From positions 4,960,001 through 5,024,000 of the forward strand of contig OZ251539.1 of NCBI GenBank assembly GCA_965243135.1: a DNA stretch of 64,000 bases. Direction: 5' to 3'. This stretch comes from Alphaproteobacteria bacterium. Lineage in GTDB: Bacteria; Pseudomonadota; Alphaproteobacteria; MPNO01; UBA830. A program made the position numbers and the translations under genes. Below are positions 48,590 through 57,888 of this stretch, piece by piece; the first letter of the stretch is position 1, and every line of letters begins with the position of its first letter. The notes below the pieces were generated by a model. That model did not search any database, was not told where the DNA came from, and was given only the letters and a program-made list of their open reading frames with translations.

Positions 48590-50939
48590 AGTTTTGCTGG
48601 ACTAACATCCGTGTTCATCCTCAAGTTCCCGGAAATGCGCCTTGGCGGCGAGTTGGGCGTAGCCGTTCCACATCACTTCCGCGCCTGGCGGATCACGCTT
48701 GCGCTTGAAGTACCCTCCGAGGCGGGCGACCAGGAAGACAGCGTCTCCGAGGCTTTTCGGCGGTGCCATGCGCCAAGATTTGGCGAGGAGCGCCAGCACC
48801 CGGAGTTCGACGTCCGAGAACAGGATCTCAGGCGGCAGATCGGGCAGTTCCCGTCCGAGACGGGTCATCAGGTGGATGCGCCAGGCGATGACGATGTTGA
48901 TGGCGGCGGCACGCTGAAGACGTTCGGCCGTCCGATTCTCAAGGTCCTCGGCAGCCGGACTTCAGGACCCTGAAATAATCTTCGATACGCCAGCGCAGGC
49001 CATACCAAGTCAGGATGCGTTCGGCGTCCTCGGCGCTCTCGACCGGCAGCGTCGTCAGCAGGAACCATTCCAGCCGTCCGGCGTCCGGCGGGGGAGCTTT
49101 CTCGCGGACATGCACAATCGTCGCCTCGACGGGATTCTTGCCCTTCGCCGGCAACTCGACCTTGAGGTAGCGCAGTTCGACCGTGGCCTGGCGCTCCGGC
49201 CGCACGGCCCTCGCGGCCTGCTTGCTTGCCTTTATGCGTGCGCTCAGACGTTTGACCTCGATGACGCGCTTGCCCTGCACCGGGCTTTTCCGCACCTTGT
49301 CGAACAGCTTGTCGGTGTCGTCCTTGCCGAGAACCCGGTTCGTCTTCGCCCGCACCAGAAGTTCCACTCCCGGCGCCCGCTCGCGCCGCTCAACGAACAG
49401 GTCGACGAAGTCCGCCTCCCGGTCCATGACGCCGACCACCTGCACGCCATCGAGTGCAGAAGCAGCCTCGGCGCTGTCCTGAAGGCCCTGAATCCAACGG
49501 TACGACTTCTTCTTCTCGCGGGGCTTGTCCCTCTCCGCGCTCGGCTGCGGCGCATCGAACGCCGCCCGCAGAACCCCCAGCGGCAGCCCCTCCGTGTTGA
49601 CCGTGGCGTGCAGGTTCAGGCCTCGGGTGCCGGCGCCGGTCTGGTTCCGACCGATGATTCCCAAACCCTCGGTCTTCCCCCGCTTCGCGAAGTTCAGCGT
49701 GCTGCCGTCCTGCACGCACAGCACCGTCTTCTCCCCCTGCATCCGCCGCAGCGTCTGCCGCCGATGCGGCTGCAGGATGTTCTCCACCGTCACCGCATCA
49801 CTGTCCGGCTTGTCGATCAAGCGATAGTAAGCCTTTATCAAGGCCCCCTCTCGCAGCGCACGTGAACGCCTGCGTCGGCGCTTCCGCCTGATATCGGGCA
49901 CAAGTCACCAGGCGCGCGCTCAGACGCACATCCCCCAGCGGCGCACCGCCGAACTCCTGTTCCGCCCAACTCTCCCGATCCAGACCGGATCCGACCTCCA
50001 ACGGTGCAAGCGGCGCACGCGGCTCCAGGATGCGCACCTGCCAGTCCGCATCCAATTCGTACACATATACAGCCTTCGGCGTCTCCGTTGCCGCATGTTC
50101 CCGATCCTGTCGCCCCCGGCCGGCTGTCTCGCCAATTCGGTGCCAGTTGGACGCCTGAAAGCTCGTTCCCGCATGCCGGTCTACGAAGGTCTCCAGCAAA
50201 TACGGGCGGTAGCCGTAGCGCGCCTCGAAATCGTCTCCCACCCTGCGGACCACGCCGCCCAAGACATGCGAGGCAAGATTACGGCACTCGACGCCGGGCC
50301 GGACCAGAAAACGCGACAGGCACACGACCCGGTGCAAACAAGCGCGCCTTCCTGCGTCGCTCCAGCCTATCCAACGGTCGCGGCATTCGAGCCTGTGCGC
50401 CGACGCCGCGAACCCGACAGCCCCCAGCCAGCCATGCGCCGACCCCACCAGATACCGTAACTGACAGCCCACCAGTGGACCGGCGCCGCGTGGATGCTCC
50501 TCCTCCAGCATCGTGTTCCATACCAGGCGATGATCGTCATCCGTCACCGGCACCAACTCCAGGCCCTCGACCGCACCGACTTCCTCCGGTACGCTCTTCG
50601 GCGGAGGAACCGGCTCCGCAAGACGTCGCGGGCGCCACGCGCCACCGCCGGAATGCGTCGGCGACGGCAGCGAAATCCGTCCCGCCGCCTCAAACTCCGC
50701 CAACGCCTTCAGACAGCCCGCTCGCTGCAGGCGGCCAAGCCCATCACGAAACCCGAATGCTTCGCACACGCGATCCGCGACCTCGCTGCGGCGAGTGAAA
50801 ACCCCGTTCGCCAGCACCCCTTGCAAGCGCGCAAAATCGTTCCGGAGGCTTTGCCGAACCTGATTCTGGAACTCCATGCCGGGCACCGTAGCGAATCGGC
50901 TGGCCAGAGTCCAGAAAAATCTTTATGGGGCACAGGCAG
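48573..50939 (-). mobile_element. 2367-bp IS4-family (IS50/Tn5-like) element
   Basis: 19-bp perfect IRs ctgcctgtgccccataaag, extendable to ~31 bp imperfect. 8-bp TSD aactagcg at 48565-48572 and 50940-50947. Confidence 0.93.
48602..50886 (-). pseudogene. Frameshifted IS4 transposase with N-terminal DUF4338-like domain
   Basis: Three consecutive frames. First: GCQLRYLV..GWLGAVGF..RDRWIGW..RFLVRP..NLASHVL..ETFVD, then WAEQEFGGAPLGDVRL. Second: VQDGS..MDREAD..YGLRWRIEDYFRVLKSGC. Third: ARLGGYFKRKRDPPGAEVMWNG. Frameshifts near 49850 and 48945. Confidence 0.85.
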
Positions 50940-50997
50940 AACTAGCGGCGATGCAGACCGTTACAAATGGGCCATCGCAGCTTGAGGAATTTCCGAT

Positions 50998-51246
50998 ATG
51001 CCTTTCCCTTTCGGAGGCCATCCTACCTTAAGTGACTATATTAGGTATGCCGGGCAGCAAGGATGTACGATACAGTACGGCTACGATGGACAGTATGTGG
51101 TCGACATAATCGTCATAACCAATCCTGCGAACGACAAGCATGTGATTGTTTCCGGCGTTCAACAGAGTGAACACTTGGCTCCAAGCGAAGTTTCACGGCT
51201 TGATCGAAGGCTTGGCCTCAACTCTCCATTTGCAAAACAACCTTGA
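50998..51246 (+). CDS. Small protein, HicA-like fold (putative toxin)
   Basis: 82 aa with helix-G-strands pattern and C-terminal HLAPSEVSRLDRRLGL. Starts 12 bp after the restored HicB-like stop. Low GC. Confidence 0.5.
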   Translation: MPFPFGGHPTLSDYIRYAGQQGCTIQYGYDGQYVVDIIVITNPANDKHVIVSGVQQSEHLAPSEVSRLDRRLGLNSPFAKQP

Positions 51247-51262
51247 CGGGATGGCGTGTCGG

Positions 51263-53314
51263 TTAACTGCTGGAGGCACGAGCGACGATGACGTTGCCGA
51301 AACGGTCGACGCGTCCGGCAAGCCTGGGATCGATGAAAGTCGTGGCGTCCCCCTGCTCGAGAATCGCAGGCCCGAAGATTTCCACGCCGACCGGCAACTG
51401 AAGGCGATCGAATACCCGCGCCGATCGCCATCCGCCATCGACGTACAGCTCGCGACCTTCCCGCTCGGCTTCCAGTAACGACACGCTTTCCCCGGGCGCG
51501 AGAATCGACAGGTCGACCTCCGACCTCGCGCCGATCGCCGATACGCGCAGGTTGACGACGCGCGCGGGAAGCTCGCCGAGCGTGCGGCCGTACTCCCGCC
51601 GGTAGCTCTCCGTGAAGGCCGATCGGATCGCGTCGACGCTCCTGACGGAGGACGGAACGGGCACGGAGACGGTGTGGGTCTGGCCTACATACAGCATGTC
51701 GAGTTCCACGACGGTCTCGATCCGCTTCAACGAAACGCCTGCCCCCTCGATTCGCCGCCGCCCCTCGTCCGCCAGACGAACGGCCTGCGCGAACAGGGCG
51801 TCCGTATCGAGCGCGTCGAGCGGTCGGTTGACCGTCTGCACGAAGTCGTGGCGCATGTCCGCGATGACGCAGCCCAGAGCGCTAGTCACGCCGGGGAAAC
51901 GCGGGACGATCGCGCCGCCGAGCCCGACTTCGCCGATCAGCGCGCCGGCATGAAGCGCGCCGCCGCCGCCGAACGGCATCGCATGGAACTTGCGGGGGTC
52001 GTGCCCGCGCTCGATGGAAACGAGGCGGATGGCGCCGGCCATCCGCGAATTCGCGACGCGGATAATCGCTTCGGCCGCCTCCATGTCTCCGAGACCCAGC
52101 GGCTTTCCGACATGCGCGCGGATCGCAGCCCGCGCCGCCTCGACGTCGAGAAGGCCGCCTCCGATGGGGCGCTCCGCGTTGATGCGCCCCGTCGCCACGT
52201 TGGCGTCGGTGACCGTGGGCCGGTCATTGCCGTTGCCGTAACAGGCCGGACCGGGGTCGGCGCCCGCGCTCTCGGGGCCGACCTGGAGGATGCCGGCGCG
52301 ATCGACCCGGGCGATCGAGCCGCCGCCCGCTCCGATCGTCGTGATCTGCACCATGGGCGTCCGCACCACCAGCCCGAAATCGATCGACGTCTGCGCGGCC
52401 AGCGCGCTTTCCCCGCCGGCGACCAGCGCCACGTCGAAACTGGTTCCGCCCATGTCGCAGGTCACGACATTGGGAAAGCCTGCCGCGGTGGCGACATGGG
52501 CGCCCGCTATGACTCCGGCCGCGGGGCCGGAAAGAGCGGTTCTGACCGGCATCTCGCGCGCAGCCTCCACGCCCATAACTCCGCCGTTCGACTGGACGAT
52601 CAGAACGTTCCCGCCGAAGCCCTCGTCGGCGAGCGCCGCGTGGAGACGGCCCAGATAGTCTCCCAGCACCGGTCGCAGGACGGCGTTGAGCGCGGTCGTC
52701 GACGCCCGCTCGAACTCCCGAAGTTCGGGCAAAATGCGGCTGGAGATCGTAACGTGGTCGTTTGGCCAGACGGCGTGCGCGGCCTCCAGCGCCGCTTCCT
52801 CGTTGGCGGCGTTGGCGTAGGAGTTCACGAACATGATCGCAAGCGATTCGGCGCCCGAGTTACGCAACGAAACGGCCGCCGCCCTGACGGCATCGGCATC
52901 CACTGGCGTACGGATCGTGCCGTCGGCGAGCGTTCGCTCCTCGACCTCCAGACGCAGGACGCGCGGTATGACCGGCGCGTAGGATCCGCGCAGACCCCAG
53001 ATCTCGGGCCGGTCGCGGCGGCGCATTTCGAGCACGTCGCGGAATCCCGCAGTCGTGATCAACCCGGTCCTGGCGCCCTTTCGCTGAAGCAGCGCGTTGG
53101 TGCCTACCGTGGTGCCATGAACGACGGTCGCAAGCGCCGCGACGCCTCCGTCCGCCGCGCCGGCGCGCACTCCCTCGATAAAGCCGCGCGACTGATCGTC
53201 AGGCGTGGAAGGAACCTTGGCGACGCGGCACGCGCCGCTCGCTTCGTCCATCCAGAAAACGTCGGTGAACGTGCCGCCCACATCCACGCCGATACGATAC
53301 CTTGCCTGGGTCAT
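51263..53314 (-). CDS. Hydantoinase/oxoprolinase subunit A (HyuA-like)
   Basis: GVDVGGTFTD, HGTTVGTNALL, SGPAAG, DMGGTSFD and IGAGGGSIA motifs. Confidence 0.93.
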   Translation of the reverse strand: MTQARYRIGVDVGGTFTDVFWMDEASGACRVAKVPSTPDDQSRGFIEGVRAGAADGGVAALATVVHGTTVGTNALLQRKGARTGLITTAGFRDVLEMRRRDRPEIWGLRGSYAPVIPRVLRLEVEERTLADGTIRTPVDADAVRAAAVSLRNSGAESLAIMFVNSYANAANEEAALEAAHAVWPNDHVTISSRILPELREFERASTTALNAVLRPVLGDYLGRLHAALADEGFGGNVLIVQSNGGVMGVEAAREMPVRTALSGPAAGVIAGAHVATAAGFPNVVTCDMGGTSFDVALVAGGESALAAQTSIDFGLVVRTPMVQITTIGAGGGSIARVDRAGILQVGPESAGADPGPACYGNGNDRPTVTDANVATGRINAERPIGGGLLDVEAARAAIRAHVGKPLGLGDMEAAEAIIRVANSRMAGAIRLVSIERGHDPRKFHAMPFGGGGALHAGALIGEVGLGGAIVPRFPGVTSALGCVIADMRHDFVQTVNRPLDALDTDALFAQAVRLADEGRRRIEGAGVSLKRIETVVELDMLYVGQTHTVSVPVPSSVRSVDAIRSAFTESYRREYGRTLGELPARVVNLRVSAIGARSEVDLSILAPGESVSLLEAEREGRELYVDGGWRSARVFDRLQLPVGVEIFGPAILEQGDATTFIDPRLAGRVDRFGNVIVARASSS

Positions 53315-53589
53315 GAGTTTCCCTCATGAAATTCAAGGCGGAGGCGCCCTGCCGGACTCCCGGCCGCCGCACCGGGTTATTCCGCCGCGAACGTTCCGGT
53401 CAGGAGAAGCCGCCCGGCTCCGGTAAACCGCGCGCGGCCATCCGTCGTTCGGAACTCTTCCGTAGCCTGCGGGCCAGAGCGTCGGAAAATTATCGGAACG
53501 GCCATAAAGCTTGGCCGCAGCCAACATAGCGATCCTCCATGGACGGTTCAACGCGGCGAACCGCTGTCGCGGAAGATGCGGCGCGCTAC

Positions 53590-53953
53590 CAGAGGCGACG
53601 AACGCCGTATCGAGGGGCTCGTTCGAAACAAGAACGAGACCGCGCCTTGTCGCCTGCGCGATCAACATTCTGTCGAAAGGATCCCGGTGAGGTCCGGGAA
53701 GCCCCCCGGCGCGAAGGCCGTCCTCGACGGTAACTTCCAGACCTTCGAACCCTTGATCGGCTGCCAGAAAAATCGAGCGCCAGCGCCGCCGCTTCGGGCA
53801 ATCTCCCCAGACGATGCTTGGTGGCGATCTCCCAAGCCGTAGCCGCGCTGATTCCGTTCCGATCGTCCGCAACTGCGCGACGGGCGGAATCCGAGAGCTT
53901 TCGCTAATTGCCAGCCACCGGAGAAGCGCATGCGTGTCGATGCACGCCGAGCT

Positions 53954-53957
<4 letters not shown>
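53590..53957 (-). pseudogene. vapC: VapC (PIN) toxin remnant, frameshifted
   Basis: Fragments IDTHALLRWL and LPGPHRDPFDRMLIAQA..GLVLVSNE lie in broken frames. TTG start overlaps the antitoxin stop. 3' end approximate. Confidence 0.75.
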
Positions 53958-54231
<274 letters not shown>

Positions 54232-54321
54232 TCAAGTTGCCGGGCCCGAACGGATAGCCGAAGCATCGGCGCGGTCGGGGAAAGGCGCAGCGCGACGAAA
54301 CCCGGCTCTCCGGAAAACCTG

Positions 54322-56058
54322 CTATGCCGCCGCCGTCATCTCCTCGCGTCGTCTCTCGGTGGCGGAACCGTTCACCGAACCGTCCGCGTCAACGACGACG
54401 CCGTACAGGCGTTCCGCGTTATCCGCGCTCACGAAGCCTTGGCGCACGTCTTCCGCGACTTTCTCCGCATCGCGCTCCCACGGCGCTCCGAAACCGCCGC
54501 CGCCCGGCGATTCGATCCGGATGCGCTGCCCCGCCTTGAGGCGAATGCCGACCGCCTTCGACGTCATGGCCGGCGCGTGTACGCCGTCGTCCTGCGTGTA
54601 GGTGATCACGTCCATCGCGCCGTCGCCGCCGCCCGCGATTCCGCGGGGCGGAAACCGGCCGCGCTCGCCGAACACGAACCCGGTCGCGCGGTCGGCGAGC
54701 AATTCCATCTCGTAGACCGCGCCCAAACCGCCGCGGTGCTTCCCGGGTCCCGCGGAGTCGGGACGGACGGCCCATTCGGTGAACATGACGGGCAGGACCG
54801 CTTCGAGAATCTCGGCCGGCGGGATCGTCGCCATGGAGATCGACCCGTTGCCGTGCGTTAGCCCGTCGCCGTCCGAATGCGCGCCGAGTCCGCCGCCGAA
54901 GAAGGAAAAGAACACCCAGGGCCGCGTCTCGCCGGGCCGTCGGCCGTTGATGGACACGGCATTGATGGTCCCGTAGCCGTTGGCCGGCGCGATTCCGGGA
55001 TCGGCCTGGGCGAAGGCGGCGAACACGACGTCGATCAGGCGCAGGATGGTTTCGGTGTAGCCTCCTACCGGCCGCGGCGACGTGGCCGAGAGCAGCTTGC
55101 CCTCTGGAATGACGAACGCGATGGGGTCGAGAACGCCGCCGTTGGCGGGCACCTCCCGAAACACGTGCTTCAACGCGACATAGGTCGCGGCGACCGTCGT
55201 CGTCTCCGAGATGTTGACCGGCCCCGCGCACGCTTCGGCGGAACGCGAAAAATCGAAGGTCAGGGCGTCGCCTTCGATAACAAGATCCAGCGCGACCCGA
55301 AGCGGACGATCCTCGATGCCGTCATTGTCGAGAAAGTCCTCGGCCGAATACGTCCCGTCCGGCAATTCGCCGACGAGGCTGCGCATCTGGCGGGCCGACC
55401 TTTCCCGCAGCTCGGCGAACACGGCGCGGACGGTTTCCTTTCCGTACTCGTCGAGGAGATCGTTCAGCCGCCGGGCGCCGAGGTCGAGGGAATTGAGCTG
55501 GCCCATCAGGTCGCCGTAGGAACTGCCGGGAAGACGGCTGTTCGCGGTCAGGATGGAGACGACGTCCTCGCGCAGCGCGCCCTCGTCCATCAGCTTGACC
55601 GGCGGCAGCACGAAGCCTTCCTGGAAGCAATCGGTCGCCGAAGGATTGTAGTTGCCGGGCACGCCGCCGCCGACATCGTGCCAGTGGCCGACCGAAGCGA
55701 GCCAGCAGAACAGTTCGCTGTCCCTGAAATAAGGCCGCACGATCTTGAAGTCGGACAAATGAGTGCCGCCGGCATAAGGATCGTTGAAGATCCAGAGATC
55801 GCCGTCCCGCGCGTCGTCTCCGGCCTTGGCGATCGCCGCTTTGACGGCGAAAGACATGACGCCGACGAATATGGGGAGTCCCTCCTTCCCCTGAATGAGG
55901 GTATCGCCGGTGACGGCCTCGTAAATTCCGTGCGACGCGTCGCGCGCCTCCGCGATCACCGGGCTGAAGGCGGCGCGGAACAACGCCGCATCCATCTCGT
56001 CCGAGATCTGCTCGAGCCTGCCCTTGACGACCGACAACGTGACCGGATCGACGCTCAT
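54322..56058 (-). CDS. Hydantoinase B/oxoprolinase subunit (HyuB-like)
   Basis: MSVDPVTLSVV start, NDPYAGGTHLSD, HWHDVGG, DSAGPGKHRGG and SPGGGGFG motifs. Confidence 0.93.
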   Translation of the reverse strand: MSVDPVTLSVVKGRLEQISDEMDAALFRAAFSPVIAEARDASHGIYEAVTGDTLIQGKEGLPIFVGVMSFAVKAAIAKAGDDARDGDLWIFNDPYAGGTHLSDFKIVRPYFRDSELFCWLASVGHWHDVGGGVPGNYNPSATDCFQEGFVLPPVKLMDEGALREDVVSILTANSRLPGSSYGDLMGQLNSLDLGARRLNDLLDEYGKETVRAVFAELRERSARQMRSLVGELPDGTYSAEDFLDNDGIEDRPLRVALDLVIEGDALTFDFSRSAEACAGPVNISETTTVAATYVALKHVFREVPANGGVLDPIAFVIPEGKLLSATSPRPVGGYTETILRLIDVVFAAFAQADPGIAPANGYGTINAVSINGRRPGETRPWVFFSFFGGGLGAHSDGDGLTHGNGSISMATIPPAEILEAVLPVMFTEWAVRPDSAGPGKHRGGLGAVYEMELLADRATGFVFGERGRFPPRGIAGGGDGAMDVITYTQDDGVHAPAMTSKAVGIRLKAGQRIRIESPGGGGFGAPWERDAEKVAEDVRQGFVSADNAERLYGVVVDADGSVNGSATERRREEMTAAA

Positions 56059-56564
56059 TCTCCGCTCCTGAACCGTTTCTCGAGATGCGGCACCAAACCG
56101 CCGTCCGCCAGCATGGCGAGCATATGCTCCGGCATCGGCGCGCAGGGATAGTCGGCCGCGGCGTCGAGATCGCGAACGGCGCCCGCGGCGGCGTCGAGGG
56201 AAACGCGATGACCGGCGGGAATTCGGAAAGCTTCCCCGCACACGAGCGCCGGCAGCCCATGGTTGATGGCGTTGCGATAGAAGATGGTGCCGAAGGACGA
56301 CGCGAGCACTGCGGCAACGCCGAGGAACACCAGAACCTGGACGGCCTGCTCGCGCGACGACCCGGCGCCGAATCCGGCTCCTGCGCAGATCACGTCCCCA
56401 GCCCGCACGCTTTCGGCGAAGCCGGGATCGACGGATTCGAGACAGTGCCGGGCCAGTTCATCAAGCGGATCCTTCATATGGATCCCGGGGGCCAGAGCGT
56501 CCGTATCGACGTAGTCGCCGAACGTCCAGACGCGCGCCTCGGCGACAAAGCCCGGTCGGCTCAC
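56055..56564 (-). CDS. Aconitase-family dehydratase small subunit (LeuD/HacB/DmdB-like)
   Basis: VWTFGDYVDTD, FGAGSSREQA and IFYRNAINHGLP motifs. GTG start overlaps the large-subunit stop. Confidence 0.9.
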   Translation of the reverse strand: MSRPGFVAEARVWTFGDYVDTDALAPGIHMKDPLDELARHCLESVDPGFAESVRAGDVICAGAGFGAGSSREQAVQVLVFLGVAAVLASSFGTIFYRNAINHGLPALVCGEAFRIPAGHRVSLDAAAGAVRDLDAAADYPCAPMPEHMLAMLADGGLVPHLEKRFRSGE

Positions 56565-57826
56565 GGCGCCGTCCCGGCGAGGAACTCGCGAGGGTCGCGA
56601 ATCTCGCCGGCGACTGCGGCGGCTGCGACGGTATACGGGCTGCCGAGATACACGCTGGACTCCCGCGATCCCATGCGGCCCCTGAAGTTCCGGGCCGTCG
56701 ATGCGATGCAGACCTCGCCGTCCGCAAGTACGCCTGCGCCGTATCCCGCGCACGCGCCGCAACCCGACGGCATCATCAGCGCTCCCGCCGAAGCGAGAAC
56801 GGCGAGCGTGCCGTCCACGGCGGCCGCCGCGGTATCCCGCTGCGAAGCCGGCGCCACAAGCAGCCGCGTGGCGACCTTGCGCCCTCGAAGCACGCGAGCG
56901 GCCATTTGCAGGTCGGCGAGTTTGGCGCCGGTACAGGCGCCGATGTAAGCCTGATCGACGCGCGTGCCGCAGGTTTCCGCGACGGGAGCCGCGTTGGCCG
57001 GGCTGTGAGGCGCGGCGACCTGCGGGCCCAGCGCCGCCACGTCGACGACATGGGTCTCGCGAACCTCCGCGCCCTCGTCGGCGCGCCAGCGATCCCCGGG
57101 CGCCCCGCCGGCGTTGCGGACGAATTCGTCGGTGACGTCGTCGCCTGCAATTATCGCGGTGAGCGCTCCGAGTTCGGCCGCCATGTTGCACAGCGTCATG
57201 CGCTCCGGCATCGGCAACGCGGTCACCGCGTCGCCGACATACTCGATCGCCTGTCCGCCGCCGCCGCCCATGCCAAGGCGCGCGCAGAGCGCCAGCATGA
57301 CGTCCTTGGCGCAGACCCCGTCGCGCAGTCCGCCCGTCAATTCGATGCGGATGGTCTCCGGCACGACCGTCCAGGTCTCGCCGGTGGCCAGCACGCCCGC
57401 CATGTCGGTCGCGCCCACCCCGAACATGAAGCAGCCGAAGGCGCCGCCGGTCGGCGAATGGCTGTCGCCGCCGACTACGAACATGCCGGGCCTGAGGTGT
57501 CCGCGCTCCGGCAGAACGACATGGCAGATGCCCTGCATGTCGTAGAAGTGGCGCAGGCCGTGCCTGGCCGCGAACCGGCGGGTGAGATCCAGGATTCGCG
57601 CGCTTTCCGTGTCGACCGCAGGAACGTAATGATCGGAAATCAGCACGACCTTGTCCGGGTCCCACACGCCGCAGCCAAGGCGTTCCAGAATCGGAACGAC
57701 GCGGCGCGGACCGCCGGAATCGTGAATCATCGCGAGATCGACCGCGCAGGTCACGATCTCCCCGGGCGCCACGGCGTCTCGGCCGGCCGCGCGCGCGATG
57801 ATCTTCTGCGAAATCGTTTGCGCCAT
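56561..57826 (-). CDS. Aconitase-family dehydratase large subunit (LeuC/HacA/DmdA-like)
   Basis: GGDSHS, IGACTG, GCGACAG and STARNFRGRMG motifs. Short 421-aa type. Confidence 0.92.
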   Translation of the reverse strand: MAQTISQKIIARAAGRDAVAPGEIVTCAVDLAMIHDSGGPRRVVPILERLGCGVWDPDKVVLISDHYVPAVDTESARILDLTRRFAARHGLRHFYDMQGICHVVLPERGHLRPGMFVVGGDSHSPTGGAFGCFMFGVGATDMAGVLATGETWTVVPETIRIELTGGLRDGVCAKDVMLALCARLGMGGGGGQAIEYVGDAVTALPMPERMTLCNMAAELGALTAIIAGDDVTDEFVRNAGGAPGDRWRADEGAEVRETHVVDVAALGPQVAAPHSPANAAPVAETCGTRVDQAYIGACTGAKLADLQMAARVLRGRKVATRLLVAPASQRDTAAAAVDGTLAVLASAGALMMPSGCGACAGYGAGVLADGEVCIASTARNFRGRMGSRESSVYLGSPYTVAAAAVAGEIRDPREFLAGTAP

Positions 57827-57888
57827 GCCGCCTGTCTATCCCGGAACGCCGTTCCTGTCACGGCGCCTGAGCGGCGCCGCGCCGTCCG

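Noticed and set aside
48930-49860. Programmed ribosomal frameshifting in the IS4 transposase
   Set aside because: There are two separate shifts with apparently missing residues and no A6G/A7-type slippery site. Decay is the simpler explanation.
56055-57826. leuC/leuD of leucine biosynthesis
   Set aside because: These are short HacA/DmdA-type subunits in a catabolic context with no leuA or leuB nearby, so the substrate is uncertain.
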